In this document: in pieces, positions 20,065 through 31,157 of the stretch
Numbering within the stretch: position 1 is the first letter of the stretch
Layout: each line of letters starts with the position of its first letter
DNA from: an uncultured Actinomycetes bacterium
Lineage (GTDB): Bacteria; Actinomycetota; Thermoleophilia; RBG-16-64-13
DNA: 64,000 nucleotides
Reading direction: 5' to 3'
Assembly (NCBI GenBank): GCA_963706025.1
Contig: CAVPLM010000011.1
Span: 64,055 to 128,054, forward strand
Translations under genes and position numbers: made by a program
Notes under the pieces: model-generated
Told to the model about the DNA's origin: nothing
The model's database searches: none
What the model saw: the letters and a program-made list of their open reading frames with translations, nothing else

Positions 20065-20228
20065 GCCGGCAAGTATACCGTGCTGATATAGTGGCGACGG
20101 TTTCAGTGATGGCACGGGGAGAGACGAATGCAAGACCTCATTTTCGACAGGCGCCGACTCCGGCGCAACTACGGCGCGACCACGAAGGTTCGCCCCATCC
20201 ACGCCGGATCGCCGGCGCTGGTGGCCCG

Positions 20229-20993
20229 ATGAGACGCGGCGGCCGGCGCTGGCTCGTGTTTCTGGGCATTGGGCTGGTGCTCCTGTCGGCCATACTCTTG
20301 AGCATCAACTTCCTCGTCTTCAGGGACGCGCGCAACATCTTCTTCTATCTGGTGTTGGATCTGGCCTTCATTCCCCTGGAAGTCCTCATCGTGGGCCTGG
20401 TCATCGAGCGGCTCATCTCGTTACGCGAAAAGCGCGCCCTTGCGCACAAGCTCAACATGGTGATCGGCGCTTTCTTCAGCGAGTTGGGCACGCCTCTGCT
20501 CGCCGAGCTATTGCCCGCGATGTGTCAGGCGCCCGAGATCAAGGAGCGGCTCCATGTGAAAGCATCCTGGAAAAGGGAGGATTTCGCCCGAGCCTCGCAG
20601 TATGCCCGCGACCTGAAGTGCGACCCTGACTTGAGCCGTATCGATCGAGATGCGCTCAAGGCTCATCTTCTGGAGCAACGCCAGTTCGTGCTCCGCCTGC
20701 TGGAGAACCCCAATCTCATGGAGCACGAGCGCTTCACCGACCTGCTATGGGCCGTGCTCCACGTGGAGGAGGAGTTGGAGGCGCGGGACTCGCTCACGGA
20801 CCTCTCCCCCGCGGACGAAGCTCACCTACAGTTGGACGTTCGCCGAGCCTACAACGCGCTGCTGGCGGAGTGGCTGCTGTACGTGGAGCACCTGAAGGCC
20901 GACTATCCCTACCTGTTCTCGCTGGTCGTGCGCATGCACCCGTTCCAGGAGGCGCCCGACCCGGTGGTGACCGACCAGCCGGCGTCCACCTAG
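20229..20993 (+). CDS. Conserved hypothetical protein with two N-terminal TM helices
   Basis: Long high-GC3 ORF with two hydrophobic segments then a helical soluble domain. Confidence 0.7.
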   Translation: MRRGGRRWLVFLGIGLVLLSAILLSINFLVFRDARNIFFYLVLDLAFIPLEVLIVGLVIERLISLREKRALAHKLNMVIGAFFSELGTPLLAELLPAMCQAPEIKERLHVKASWKREDFARASQYARDLKCDPDLSRIDRDALKAHLLEQRQFVLRLLENPNLMEHERFTDLLWAVLHVEEELEARDSLTDLSPADEAHLQLDVRRAYNALLAEWLLYVEHLKADYPYLFSLVVRMHPFQEAPDPVVTDQPAST

Positions 20994-21019
20994 GCGGCGT
21001 CAACCTAGGGAGCGTCCAC

Positions 21020-22162
21020 CTAGGCGGCGTCCGACTCCCGGCTGCGCCGTGAGGGTTGGCTGCCGGCTGTGAGCAGCTTGACGGTGCCTTTTGCGCGCTC
21101 CTGATAGTTGGCCACGATCCGGCCTCGGACATCACCCAGCAGTTGCTCGTGGGCCTCGAGCACGTACGCGGTGACCTGAGGCCTGGCCATGATCATGAAG
21201 CGACGCAGTTCGTCCTGCATATTCACACGCATCTGGCCCGTGGGGTTGACGAGGCGGTCGAATACTCCCCCCAGAGCCGCCCCGGCCGCCGCCCCCACGA
21301 TAGGCAACGCAAGCCCGCTCGACGCCGCGCTGCCAACGAACAACCCGGCCATACCCAGAGCGGCGGTGGTGCGCCGTCCCCGGCGCAGCGCCACCTCAGT
21401 CTGGAACTGAGCGCCCTGCTCGATCTGAAACGGGACCACGCTCAAGGGTTCCACTTTCTCCCGCGCTTTGCGCCTCCTGCGTACCCACCACCAGTAGGTT
21501 AGGAAGGACGCGATCGCGGCGAGGACCAGCACCGCCACAGAGACCCACCGGCGGACCGGCCCGCCCCATCCAATGACGGCGGTAAGGGCTGCGGCCACGG
21601 CCACCAGTATCACGAAGACCTCCCAGAATCGCCTTCGCCAGGCGAAGCGGCGGAGTTCACTCCGGTACATCTCGTCGAAAACCGCCTGGGTACTCTCGAC
21701 GTACCAACTCTCGTAGCTCTGCAGGATTGAATCGCATCTTGTATTGCATCTAATGAATAGCGCACTAATAGTTGCATCCCAGGACATCCGGAACTTGGTG
21801 CTGAACTGGCGCAGCTCACTCCGAGAGGCCGACTGTATGTAGCTCATCATCCGGGTCTCGAAGGCCCCCAGTTGAGCAAGGGTCTCGGCTTCGGCCCAGC
21901 GCTGGTGCTCCCGGAACTCCCCGACGATACTGTCGATGACGGCACGGAGGTCGCTGGGGATGGGGATGTCGTCCTCGGGTGGACCCTCTTTGAGGAAGGC
22001 GGAGAGGATCTCATAGGCAGCTCGGATCCTTATGAACGCGGCCGCCTCGCCCCCCCGATCCGGATGGGCCTCTGAGACCAGCCGCCGGTAGGCCGCCTTG
22101 ACCTGGGCAGCCGTGGCATCTCGGGGCAGGCCCAGGACCTGGTATGCCTCTTGTAGCGTCAC
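21020..22162 (-). CDS. J-domain (DnaJ-like) membrane protein
   Basis: N-terminal AYQVLGL...VKAAYRRL...HPDRGG and internal TM helices. Confidence 0.85.
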   Translation of the reverse strand: MTLQEAYQVLGLPRDATAAQVKAAYRRLVSEAHPDRGGEAAAFIRIRAAYEILSAFLKEGPPEDDIPIPSDLRAVIDSIVGEFREHQRWAEAETLAQLGAFETRMMSYIQSASRSELRQFSTKFRMSWDATISALFIRCNTRCDSILQSYESWYVESTQAVFDEMYRSELRRFAWRRRFWEVFVILVAVAAALTAVIGWGGPVRRWVSVAVLVLAAIASFLTYWWWVRRRRKAREKVEPLSVVPFQIEQGAQFQTEVALRRGRRTTAALGMAGLFVGSAASSGLALPIVGAAAGAALGGVFDRLVNPTGQMRVNMQDELRRFMIMARPQVTAYVLEAHEQLLGDVRGRIVANYQERAKGTVKLLTAGSQPSRRSRESDAA

Positions 22163-22293
22163 GGCAACATGATAACAGGGGGTTCGGAACGCCTAACAGG
22201 CTGCTGAAGAGTGACGCTTCGCCACCGGACTGCGATGGGTATCGCGCCGCCCAGTGCTTTCCGGTGGCCGGGGCTTCGTTTTTCGGCAGCCTT

Positions 22294-23148
22294 CTAGAGC
22301 GGGTCCGCCGAGAACGTGTCCCCCAGGGAGAAATCCCCTGTCTCGTAACCCAGCTTGAACCAGCGGGAGCGTTGCTCCGACGTCCCGTGGGTGAAGGAGT
22401 CGGGCACCACGTAGCCCTGGGATCGCATCTGGATCCTGTCGTCGCCGATGGCGCTGGCGGCGTTCAGGGCCTCGTCGATATCCCCGGGCTCGAGGACCCC
22501 GATCACGTTCTGGGCATAATGGGCCCACATCCCGGCGAAGAAATCGGCCTGCAGCTCCAGCCGTACCGATAGATCGTTCGCCTCCTCCTCGCTCACCCGC
22601 TGCTGGGCGGCGGTCACCTGGTCCAGGATGCCCAACTGGTTCTGAACGTGATGCCCCACTTCGTGGGCGATCACGTAGGCCTGAGCGAAATCACCGGGTG
22701 CCTGGAAACGATTGCTCAATTCCTCGAAGAAGCTGAGATCGATATAGACCCTCTCGTCGGCGGGAGAATAGAACGGCCCCGTGGCCGAGGTGGCGAACCC
22801 GGAACCGGTCTGCGTGCTATCCGAGAAGAGCACGAGGGCAGGCGCCTCGTAGACCCGGTTCAGTTCCGTGAACTGCTGGGCCCAGAGGTCCTCGGTGTCG
22901 GCCAGGACTACCGAGACGAACTGCTTCATCTCATCGTTGGCAGGCGCCACGGTGGACGCCGGTGAACCAGGTATCTGCGAGCCCTGGTTTTGCTCGAGGA
23001 TCGTCCCTGGGTCGCCCCCCAGGAAGAGGACGACGAGGGCGATTATCACCGCGCCGATGCCACCCCCGACTCCAAGTCCGACCTTGCCGCGGCTGACGCC
23101 GCGCCGGTCCTCAACGTTACTGCTTTGTCGCCTTCCGACCCAACGCAT
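22294..23148 (-). CDS. Neutral zinc metallopeptidase (YpfJ family)
   Basis: MRW.GRRQSSNVEDRRG, GPFYSP, AHEVGHHVQ, ELQADFFAG, PDSFTHG. Confidence 0.92.
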   Translation of the reverse strand: MRWVGRRQSSNVEDRRGVSRGKVGLGVGGGIGAVIIALVVLFLGGDPGTILEQNQGSQIPGSPASTVAPANDEMKQFVSVVLADTEDLWAQQFTELNRVYEAPALVLFSDSTQTGSGFATSATGPFYSPADERVYIDLSFFEELSNRFQAPGDFAQAYVIAHEVGHHVQNQLGILDQVTAAQQRVSEEEANDLSVRLELQADFFAGMWAHYAQNVIGVLEPGDIDEALNAASAIGDDRIQMRSQGYVVPDSFTHGTSEQRSRWFKLGYETGDFSLGDTFSADPL

Positions 23149-23456
23149 GCGGTCCTCCTACCCGATGCCCGGGTCTCGCCGGTGCCGGGGTCGCGCTTCC
23201 TAACACCCAGATGATACCTTCGTCGGGCAGGAGCGAAACCGCGGACGAAAGCGCGCCGCTTCCGCGAGAGCGGCTCTCGATGAGGGTCGCGATGAAGTCC
23301 GCCGAGAGACGGCAGCGGCAAGCCTTGTTGCTGCAGGCTCCAGGGGTTGATATTGTGGGCCTGCCTCGGGCGGACCGGGTCGTCGCCATCACGACGCCCC
23401 GCCGTCATAGCTTCGTCGCCGTCTGATCGACCGGCAATCGTCCTCGACCCAGTGAG

Positions 23457-25010
23457 GTGACAGTGACCGTAACCGACACGGCCATCTCGAGCCCCGGCGC
23501 CCGGCGCGCGCTTGCCACACTGAGCGGCATCCTTTTTCTGACCTTCCTGGACACGACCATCATGAGCGTCGCGCTCCTGAATCTGCAGGAGACCCTTCAC
23601 TCCACCGTCTCGCAGATGCAATGGATCGTCAACGCGTACGCGCTGATGTTCGCCAGCCTCATGCTGGCCTTCGGCTCTTTGGGAGACCGTCTAGGTCGAA
23701 AGCGCGTCATGCTTGGAGGGGTGGTCGTCTTCATAGCGGGCTCCCTTCTTGGAGCCCTAGCTCCCAACACGGGAACGCTTATCGCCGCCCGAGGGATCAT
23801 GGGCATCGGGGCGGCTGCCTGTGAGCCGGGTACGCTGTCCATCCTGCGCCAGCTCTATCCCGATCGCGCGGCGAGGGCCCGGGCTCTTGGGGCCTGGGCC
23901 GCCATCGCCGGGCTTGCCCTCGCGATGGGGCCGGTGATCGGCGGGATCTTGGTGGGCCTCAGTGGCTGGCCGGCCATCTTCTGGTTCAACGTCGCCGCCG
24001 GGGTGCTGGCCCTCGTCGCCGCGCAACGCACGGTCCCGGAGAGCTCCGACCCCGAGAAGGGCCGTTTCGACTTCGCCGGGTTCATACTCGGACCGACCGC
24101 TCTCGCCACGATCGTCTTCGCCATCATCGTCGGTGAGACCGCAGGATACGTGTCGGCCCCGGTCTTGGCCCTCTTCGCGATCGGCGCCGTCGCGGGGGGC
24201 CTGTTCGTATTTGTCGAGCAGCGCAGCCAGGCGCCCATGCTGAAAGTCGACTACTTCAAGAAACCCGCATTCTCGGGATCGTTGTTCGTCGCCTTCGCGG
24301 CGTACTTCGGAGTGTTCTCCATCTTCTTCTTGACCGCGCTCTACCTGCAGATCGTGATCGGTTACACGGCTTTACGCATCGCCACGCTGTTCGTCCCCAT
24401 GGCGCTCGCGATGATCATAGCCTCGGCCTTCGCAGGCGCTTGGGTGGCCCGTTCCGGGCCTCGCCTGCCCGTCGCGGTCGGCTGTTTCGCCGCGGGGGTG
24501 GGCGTGTTGTTCACCGAACTGGCCCTGGCCGGCGAGGTCACCTTCACGCCCCTCATCCTGTCCCTCACTCTGACCGGCGCGGGCTTCGGCATCGCCGTGG
24601 TGCCGATCACCTCTGTGGCGCTGTCGGTGATCCCGGCCAGGCACTCGGGCATGGCGGCCTCCGCCACCACTACCAGCCGTGAGGTCGGTACCGTCATCGG
24701 GGTGGCGGCGCTCGGGTCGCTCTTCAACACCAGGCTGATCGACTTCCTCACCGAGCGCCTCATCCAACTGGAGGTGCCCCCGGAGTTCCGCGATATCGTG
24801 ATCGACGCCGTCCTGACCGGGCAGTTCGCCACCGGCGCCGAAGAAGCGGAAAGAATATACGGCCCCATCGTCGCCAAGGTGGTCGACGCCTCGTACGATG
24901 CCGTCCGAAGCGGGGTGAGTTTCGCGCTCCTGGTGGCCGGCTGTGTGATCCTCTTATCGGGGCTGGTAGCCTGGCTTACCTTCTCCCCGCGGCGAATGGA
25001 ATTGGAGTGA
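23457..25010 (+). CDS. MFS drug:H+ antiporter (DHA2 family)
   Basis: LDTTIM, WIVNAY, GSLGDRLGRKR, about 14 TM segments. Confidence 0.92.
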   Translation: MTVTVTDTAISSPGARRALATLSGILFLTFLDTTIMSVALLNLQETLHSTVSQMQWIVNAYALMFASLMLAFGSLGDRLGRKRVMLGGVVVFIAGSLLGALAPNTGTLIAARGIMGIGAAACEPGTLSILRQLYPDRAARARALGAWAAIAGLALAMGPVIGGILVGLSGWPAIFWFNVAAGVLALVAAQRTVPESSDPEKGRFDFAGFILGPTALATIVFAIIVGETAGYVSAPVLALFAIGAVAGGLFVFVEQRSQAPMLKVDYFKKPAFSGSLFVAFAAYFGVFSIFFLTALYLQIVIGYTALRIATLFVPMALAMIIASAFAGAWVARSGPRLPVAVGCFAAGVGVLFTELALAGEVTFTPLILSLTLTGAGFGIAVVPITSVALSVIPARHSGMAASATTTSREVGTVIGVAALGSLFNTRLIDFLTERLIQLEVPPEFRDIVIDAVLTGQFATGAEEAERIYGPIVAKVVDASYDAVRSGVSFALLVAGCVILLSGLVAWLTFSPRRMELE

Positions 25011-25050
25011 TGGGCAGCAGCTGCAGCAACGGGCGGCACAGACCCGAGCG

Positions 25051-26811
25051 GTGAGCGCAGCCCCGAAGCCAGAGCCGGCGCCGGGACCGCCTGCCGGACC
25101 CACAAGCGTATGGAAATGGCTGCCGGGGCTACAGACCGCCCGGACGTACGAGCTTGGCTACCTGCGCAACGACCTCGTGGCAGGCCTCGTGTTGTCGGCG
25201 CTGCTGGTGCCGGCGGGCATGGGCTACGCGGAGGCTTCTGGTCTGCCCGCCATCTATGGGCTCTATGCGACCATCGTGCCGTTGCTCGCGTACGCCCTCT
25301 TCGGCCCGTCGCGCATCCTGGTGCTGGGTCCCGATTCCTCCCTCGCTCCCCTTATCGCGGCCGCCATAATCCCGCTGGCGGCGGGAGACGAGGCCCGAGC
25401 CGTCGCGCTCGCCGGCGCCCTCGCCCTGTTCACCGGCCTGGTATGCATCGTGGCCGGACTGGCCCGTTTCGGCTTCATCGCCGACCTACTCTCGAAGCCC
25501 GTGCGCTACGGCTACATCAACGGCATCGCCCTCACGGTGCTGGTCGGGCAATTGCCGAAGTTGTTCGGCTTCTCGGTGGAGTCCGATCAGCTGCCCGGGC
25601 GGATCGGAGAGTTCATCCAGGGCCTACTGCAGGGCGAGAGCAACACCGCGGCTACGCTCATCGGCTTGGCCAGCCTGGCCGTCATCCTGGCCTGCAGGCG
25701 ATGGGCCCCCCGCGCCCCAGGCGTCCTCATCGCAGTCGCGCTCTCGACCGTGGCCGTAGGCGCGCTCGAACTCGCCGAGTCGGGCGTGTCGGTGGTCGGG
25801 GAGATACCCGCCGGCCTGCCCGCGTTCCAGCTCCCTTCGATCGGCCTCTCCGACGTGGGCCCGTTGCTTGCGGCCGCCCTGGGTATTTTCCTGGTCGCGT
25901 TCGCCGACACCAGTGTGCTATCCCGAACGTTCGCCATCCGCGGCGGTTACCGAGTAGACCCAGACCGAGAGGTCATCGGGCTGGGGGTGGCCAACGCCGC
26001 AGCCGGACTCTTCCAGGGCTTCCCGGTCAGCAGCAGCTCCTCGCGTACACCGGTGGCCGAGTCGGCTGGTGCGAAGACCCAGATGACCGGCGTGGTCGGT
26101 GCGGCGGTCATCGCGGTGCTGCTGTTGTTCGCCCCCACCCTGCTCAAGAACCTGCCCACGGCCGCTCTGGCGGCCGTGGTCATATCAGCGGCGATCAGCA
26201 TAGCCGAGATCGCCGGGGTGCGGAGGCTCTATCGAGAACGTCGCTCGGAGTTCATCCTGTCGATAGTGACCTTTCTGGCGGTGGCTCTGCTCGGCGTCCT
26301 GCCGGGCATGGCGGTGGCGGTTGTCCTCTCGCTTCTCAACTTCGTGCGCCGGGCCTGGCGCCCGCACGACGCCGTCCTCGGGGCGGCGGAGGGCGTTGCG
26401 GGCTTCCACGATGTGACCCGCTACACCGGCGCGCGCCAGATCCCGGGCCTGCTCATCTACCGGTTCGACGCCCCCCTCTTCTTCGCCAATGCCGAACGGT
26501 TCGGAGAGAGGGTCCGCGAGATCACAGCGGCCTCGGACACCCCGGTCCGGTGGGTGGTCGTCGAGGCCGAACCGATCACCGATGTCGACACCACGGCTGC
26601 CGACATGCTGCTGGAGTTGCACAAGGATCTGGAGGCCAGCGGGGTGTGCCTGGCATTCGCCGAGCTCAAGGACCCGGTCAAAGACCGGCTCAACCGTTAC
26701 GGGCTCACCGACCGCATCGGCCACCAGCACTTCTTCCCCACCATAGACGTGGCCGTCGAGACCTACCTCAGGGAAGCCGCGAGGCAGCGGGTAGACGAGC
26801 CCCAGGGCTAA
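25051..26811 (+). CDS. SulP family anion transporter with STAS domain
   Basis: DLVAGLVL...PAGMGYA...GLY, SSSRT and C-terminal YRFDAPLFFANA STAS. Confidence 0.93.
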   Translation: MSAAPKPEPAPGPPAGPTSVWKWLPGLQTARTYELGYLRNDLVAGLVLSALLVPAGMGYAEASGLPAIYGLYATIVPLLAYALFGPSRILVLGPDSSLAPLIAAAIIPLAAGDEARAVALAGALALFTGLVCIVAGLARFGFIADLLSKPVRYGYINGIALTVLVGQLPKLFGFSVESDQLPGRIGEFIQGLLQGESNTAATLIGLASLAVILACRRWAPRAPGVLIAVALSTVAVGALELAESGVSVVGEIPAGLPAFQLPSIGLSDVGPLLAAALGIFLVAFADTSVLSRTFAIRGGYRVDPDREVIGLGVANAAAGLFQGFPVSSSSSRTPVAESAGAKTQMTGVVGAAVIAVLLLFAPTLLKNLPTAALAAVVISAAISIAEIAGVRRLYRERRSEFILSIVTFLAVALLGVLPGMAVAVVLSLLNFVRRAWRPHDAVLGAAEGVAGFHDVTRYTGARQIPGLLIYRFDAPLFFANAERFGERVREITAASDTPVRWVVVEAEPITDVDTTAADMLLELHKDLEASGVCLAFAELKDPVKDRLNRYGLTDRIGHQHFFPTIDVAVETYLREAARQRVDEPQG

Positions 26812-26883
26812 CGGGACAGGCGCCGTCGCACGGGACTGGGCGAGGCTCCCGTCCGATCATCTCGGTAGAGACGCTAAATCACT

Positions 26884-27906
26884 TCACGCGTCAAGTCTCA
26901 GAAGCGTCGTGACGTTACCTGCGAATATCATCTGCTTTTCTGCGTCAGGGATATCCATCGCCTCGATAGCGCTGATAGTTTGGGAATAACTTCTCATACC
27001 AAACGTGGCATCTCCCAATGGCATGTCTGCTCCGAACAGGAGATGCTCGGCTCCCCAGAAACTATACGCCAACATTAGGGCAGGAGTATTACCGTGAATA
27101 GCGGTATCGTTGTAAAACATCTTGTAGTATTCGATGGGAGGCTTTTTCAAACCCTGCAAGTAGTCCCCATAGTCGTGATATTTCGAACCTAGCTGACCAT
27201 AATGTTGTACTATTCTTTGCTCAAAGAACGAAACCATTCCCCCACCGTGGTGTGTGACCAGCTTCAACTCGGGGAATCTCTCGAAAAGCCCACTGAACAC
27301 GATACGTGTCATCGCGGCCGTCGTCTCATACGGCCAACCGAACGTGCTGGCGATGGCGTACTTGGATTCGGTCTCACCTGGATATTCTGGATAGTCGTTG
27401 CCCCGCCAAGGATGGATGTATATCGGTAGGTCGTAGGCCGCCATCTTCTCGAACAACGGCAGGAATTCAGGTGCGTCCAGGGGTCTACCGTTGATATTGC
27501 TATGCACATAGATCCCCTTGAATCCCAGCTCTTTGATCGCCCGGTCGCTCTCTTCTATCGCCGCCTCGACGTCATTCATCGGAAGAAGCGCGATCGCAGC
27601 CACAAACCTTTCGGGGTATTTGCTCACCAATTCGGCCATCTCATCGTTAGCCAATCTGGCCAACTCCACTGCTCGTCCGGGATCCGCGAAGACCTCGAGG
27701 GGTGGGACCGGCCCAACGGTCAACACCTGGGCAATGGGTCCGAAGGCGTCCATCACCTTGAATCTCGCCTCCATGTCGAAAAGAGGCGGAGTACGCCCCA
27801 ATATCTGCTTGTAGAATCCGGGAAACTCCCTCCGAAGGGCCTCCGTGTACTTCGGCGGAGAGATGTGAGAATACCCGTCGATCTTCACTGCAGCCGTATC
27901 GCTCAT
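26884..27906 (-). CDS. Amidohydrolase family 2 protein (decarboxylase/hydratase-like)
   Basis: IDGYSH, PIYIHP, FGWPYET, THHGGG, YNDTA, FGADMP. Lower GC than its neighbours. Confidence 0.88.
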   Translation of the reverse strand: MSDTAAVKIDGYSHISPPKYTEALRREFPGFYKQILGRTPPLFDMEARFKVMDAFGPIAQVLTVGPVPPLEVFADPGRAVELARLANDEMAELVSKYPERFVAAIALLPMNDVEAAIEESDRAIKELGFKGIYVHSNINGRPLDAPEFLPLFEKMAAYDLPIYIHPWRGNDYPEYPGETESKYAIASTFGWPYETTAAMTRIVFSGLFERFPELKLVTHHGGGMVSFFEQRIVQHYGQLGSKYHDYGDYLQGLKKPPIEYYKMFYNDTAIHGNTPALMLAYSFWGAEHLLFGADMPLGDATFGMRSYSQTISAIEAMDIPDAEKQMIFAGNVTTLLRLDA

Positions 27907-28061
27907 CGCCGAATCCCCCCAAGTCATCCTGATTCGTTCCGGACGCCGTCGGCGCGCCCTGCCTTGCTCTCGGCAGCGGAGGCACACCAACGGAGGCATA
28001 CGAATAGTACTGGAAGAAAGGACCCCGCGTGACCGGCTTCAGCAAGGGGCGCCGCGCCGGC

Positions 28062-29132
28062 CTATGCCAGGACGAAAGCCATGCCTTGAGTGTAGAAGTG
28101 ATCCCCGGCGGCATTCCGCCCCGTCATGGGCTGGGTGACCCGCACCTCCTGGATCACCCGCACGGGACCGGCAGCCGCGAGTGAGCGGACGACATAGTCG
28201 CGCTCGGCATCGATATCCGGATCGATGTGGTGGATGGGCAAGGGGAAGAGGCGCCCCATCCCCACTCCTGCGTCGTAGGAGGCCGTGGCCGCCCACACCT
28301 GCGTGCCTTCACAGGTGAAGTCGGTGAGCCACCAGCGGGCATGATGCCGACGGCGTGAGGAGCCTCCCTCATCGGTCCTCTGAAAAGCCACGTCGTGCAG
28401 CTTCCCCTCGAGAAAGACGGGGAGCACAGGGGCGCAAGGATAGGGTCGGTTGAGCACCCCGCAGGCGAATGCGCGCAGGGCGCTGCGCGGGGTGATCCGG
28501 TCGGCCGCACACCACCCGGCCGCCGCGAACACCTCGAGCAGATCGGCGCCACTGCCCAGGAAGATCAGGCTCACCGGAGCCTGCGTGGCCCCACTCATCT
28601 TTGCCGAAAACCGCGGAAGCAGGCCGAGATGATCGTGGTGGATGCCAAGACGCCCCGCGCCACGCGTGACCGGCCAGAGCGGCCGCGGCACGTGCGCGAC
28701 CTTGATGGCGGCATGAACCGCGTCGGCCTGCGCTCCTCTCAGGAAGACTCCCACCGCGACACACGATGCCCCGAAGGTCATGACGGCTCTGACCAGTCGC
28801 GTCCGAGGGACCTTCTCGGCCTTGTTGATAGTCTCGTGGGCCCAGGTGAGAAAGAGCACCGAGAGAAGCGCGATGGCCAACCCCGACAGGAACAGCATCT
28901 GCCGGCCTTCTGCATCGCTGAGTGCCGCCCGCAGGCCGGGATAGGCAGCGGCCAAGGCGCCAAGCATGGCGAAACGAGCCAACCAGATGGGCCAACGCCG
29001 AACGGCGACCGGCTCGAGACCCGCCTGCGCTCGCACCGGAGTCGGCTTGGTGGTCAGAATATGCAAAAGCCCCTGAGCGGGGCTGGGGATGAGTTTTTGG
29101 CACAGGACTCCTTGTCGGAGCAAGGATACCAT
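28062..29132 (-). CDS. LssY C-terminal domain membrane protein
   Basis: N-terminal TMs then PVSLIFLG...FAAAGW...DVAFQR...RHHARWW...HHIDPDIDAERDY. Start uncertain. Confidence 0.75.
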   Translation of the reverse strand: MVSLLRQGVLCQKLIPSPAQGLLHILTTKPTPVRAQAGLEPVAVRRWPIWLARFAMLGALAAAYPGLRAALSDAEGRQMLFLSGLAIALLSVLFLTWAHETINKAEKVPRTRLVRAVMTFGASCVAVGVFLRGAQADAVHAAIKVAHVPRPLWPVTRGAGRLGIHHDHLGLLPRFSAKMSGATQAPVSLIFLGSGADLLEVFAAAGWCAADRITPRSALRAFACGVLNRPYPCAPVLPVFLEGKLHDVAFQRTDEGGSSRRRHHARWWLTDFTCEGTQVWAATASYDAGVGMGRLFPLPIHHIDPDIDAERDYVVRSLAAAGPVRVIQEVRVTQPMTGRNAAGDHFYTQGMAFVLA

Positions 29133-29163
29133 CCAGGGACCACCCGCGGTAGCAGGATGGTCC

Positions 29164-29341
29164 CCGCACGGCAGGCTCCCGTCGGCGAGTGGAAGCCCGA
29201 TCGAGCCCGCCGAGTGCCCGCGTCGGCCTCTCAGTCTAGGTCCTCAGCTATCACCAGACGTGCAGATCAAGGGCGCCAGGCAGAACCGTCCCACCAGGTG
29301 TGTAAGAGGCCGTTGTCGGTCCCGCGCGCGAAGACATGGAT
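29164..29341 (+). repeat. About 180-bp direct repeat, second copy at about 33142-33319
   Basis: Near-identical sequence from CCGCACGGCAGGCTCCCGTCGGC to GCGCGCGAAGACATGGAT at both loci. Confidence 0.85.
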
Positions 29342-30793
29342 GCGGTCAGGCGCCAAGGAGACGGCGTCGGGATCGGAGGTGATGACCCCGCCCAGGTTCT
29401 CCCAGCTTGACCAGGTTCCGCCGCTATATGACTTGTGCCACAGGGAATACGGCCGGACCGCGCACGAACACGTCGAGGCGGCCGATCGCCCCAAGAAGCC
29501 GCTCCCGGACCGGAGGAGAGGATTCCGCCCAGGTTCTCCCACTCTGACCAAGCGCTGCCGTTCCACGACATGTGCAGAGAGGCCGTTGTCGGTCCCGCGC
29601 GCGAAGACATCGATACGGTCGGGCCCCCAGGAAACGGCGGCGGGATCGGAGGTCAAGACTCCGCCCAGGTTCTCCCAGCCGGACCAGGACCAGTTGCTCG
29701 AAGATTCGCTGGTGCCGCTGCCGATGTTATGCCACAGGGCATTGTCGGTTCCGCGCGCGAACACGTCGACGCGGGTGGTGGTCATCATGGCCACCGCCGG
29801 GCCGGAGGTGAACGTCCCCCCCAGACTGTGAGACGCCGACCAGTTGTTCTTCCACCCCTTGTACCAGATGGCATTGTCGGTGCCGCGCCAGAAGACACCG
29901 CCCCAGACGGGACCTCGGGCCGCGGTCGCAGGATCGGAGTTGAGGACTTCTCCAACACTGGATCCCACGTGGTACCAGGTTCCGTCCTCCTGCCTCCGTC
30001 AACCAAAGGGCATCGTCGGCACCGCGGGCGAACAAGATGAGCGCGCCGCTACCCTCGGCCGGTTGTGCTCGCACACTCCCGGACCGGAGGTGAACTCTCC
30101 GCCCAGGTTCTCGAAGTGCCCGGGACCTCCGCCCTGCAAAAAGATGAGGTTGTAGAGCAGTTGGGCGCATTCCCCCCGGCTGGCGTTGGCATATGCGTTC
30201 CAGCTGTAGGAGAGGCCGTCCAGGCCGTCCAGCAGGTGATTGAACTCGGCCTTCCTGATGTTGGCCCCATGGGTGGAGTCGGAATAGTTGAGAACCCCTA
30301 CCCAATCAGCCGGGGGAGTCTCAAGATCAGCCCCACCGGCTCTCACCACCATGGTTATCACTTGTTGCCGGGTGATCTGGTTGAAGGGCCGGAAGGTATT
30401 GTCTGGATAGCCCGTGGTGAGACCGGTTCGCGCCGCGACCGCGATGTAGTTATCAGGGTAGAGCGGATCCACGGAGTCGGCGGGCAAGACATCCTTGAAG
30501 GTGCAGACGTCGGCTTCTGTCGTCTGGAAGCCCATGGTAAGGACGATCATCTTGGCGAACTGCTGCCGCTTGACCAGATCCTCCGGTCCGAAGTTGCCGT
30601 TCGCATATCCGCCGATGATGCTCCGCGCGGAGAGCTCGGTGATGGCCGATGCGTAAGGGTGGTTGGAAGGAACGTCAGGAAAGGCAGAAGCAGCAGAGGC
30701 AGGCAGGGCAAGAACGAAGCCCATCCCGAGCAGGAGTACTATCAGCGCCATTCGCAGTCTGAGCGGCGACACGGGGCTTGGCGTGGCTCTCAT
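29267..30793 (-). CDS. SLH-domain surface protein with C-terminal PLL-like/DUF346 lectin-type beta-propeller (frameshifted)
   Basis: Signal peptide, FPDVPSNHPY...GGYANGNFGP...RQQFAKMIV (SLH), then repeats WENLGGxxTSxPxAVSW..DRIDVFARGTDN. Confidence 0.82.
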
Positions 30794-31071
30794 GGAACGC
30801 ACCTCCTCCTCGGGCAGGATCGATGCCCGCACGGGGCGATGCGCCGGTGTCAACTCCAGCGAAGCCCCGTCTCCAAGGTTTCCCCGAGCTATGAATGGGG
30901 GGAGTTCCTCACTCCCCGTATAGGTTCAGTATAGGCCGGTTCCACTCTGGGTCAATCGAAACGGATGTCGATAGGTCGAGCCGTAGGAAGAGGATCCTGG
31001 TATCCGGTGTCTTCCCGTCCGTCCGCGTCCGTTCCTTATCGTCGACTTTGCCCCCGACTTGCCCCCGAACT
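30794..31071 (-). promoter_or_regulatory. Conserved promoter + structured 5' leader module, copy B
   Basis: Reverse complement contains AGTTCGGGGGCAAGTCGGGGGCAAA, TTGACC-N16-TATACT, the same hairpins and SD at the same spacings as copy A. Confidence 0.75.
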
Positions 31072-31157
31072 AGCCCGAAATGCCCGAAAACCGGGCATTC
31101 TGGGGTGGGACCATTCGCCCCCATTGCGCGTGAACTCGCCGCGGACAATCCGTCGAA

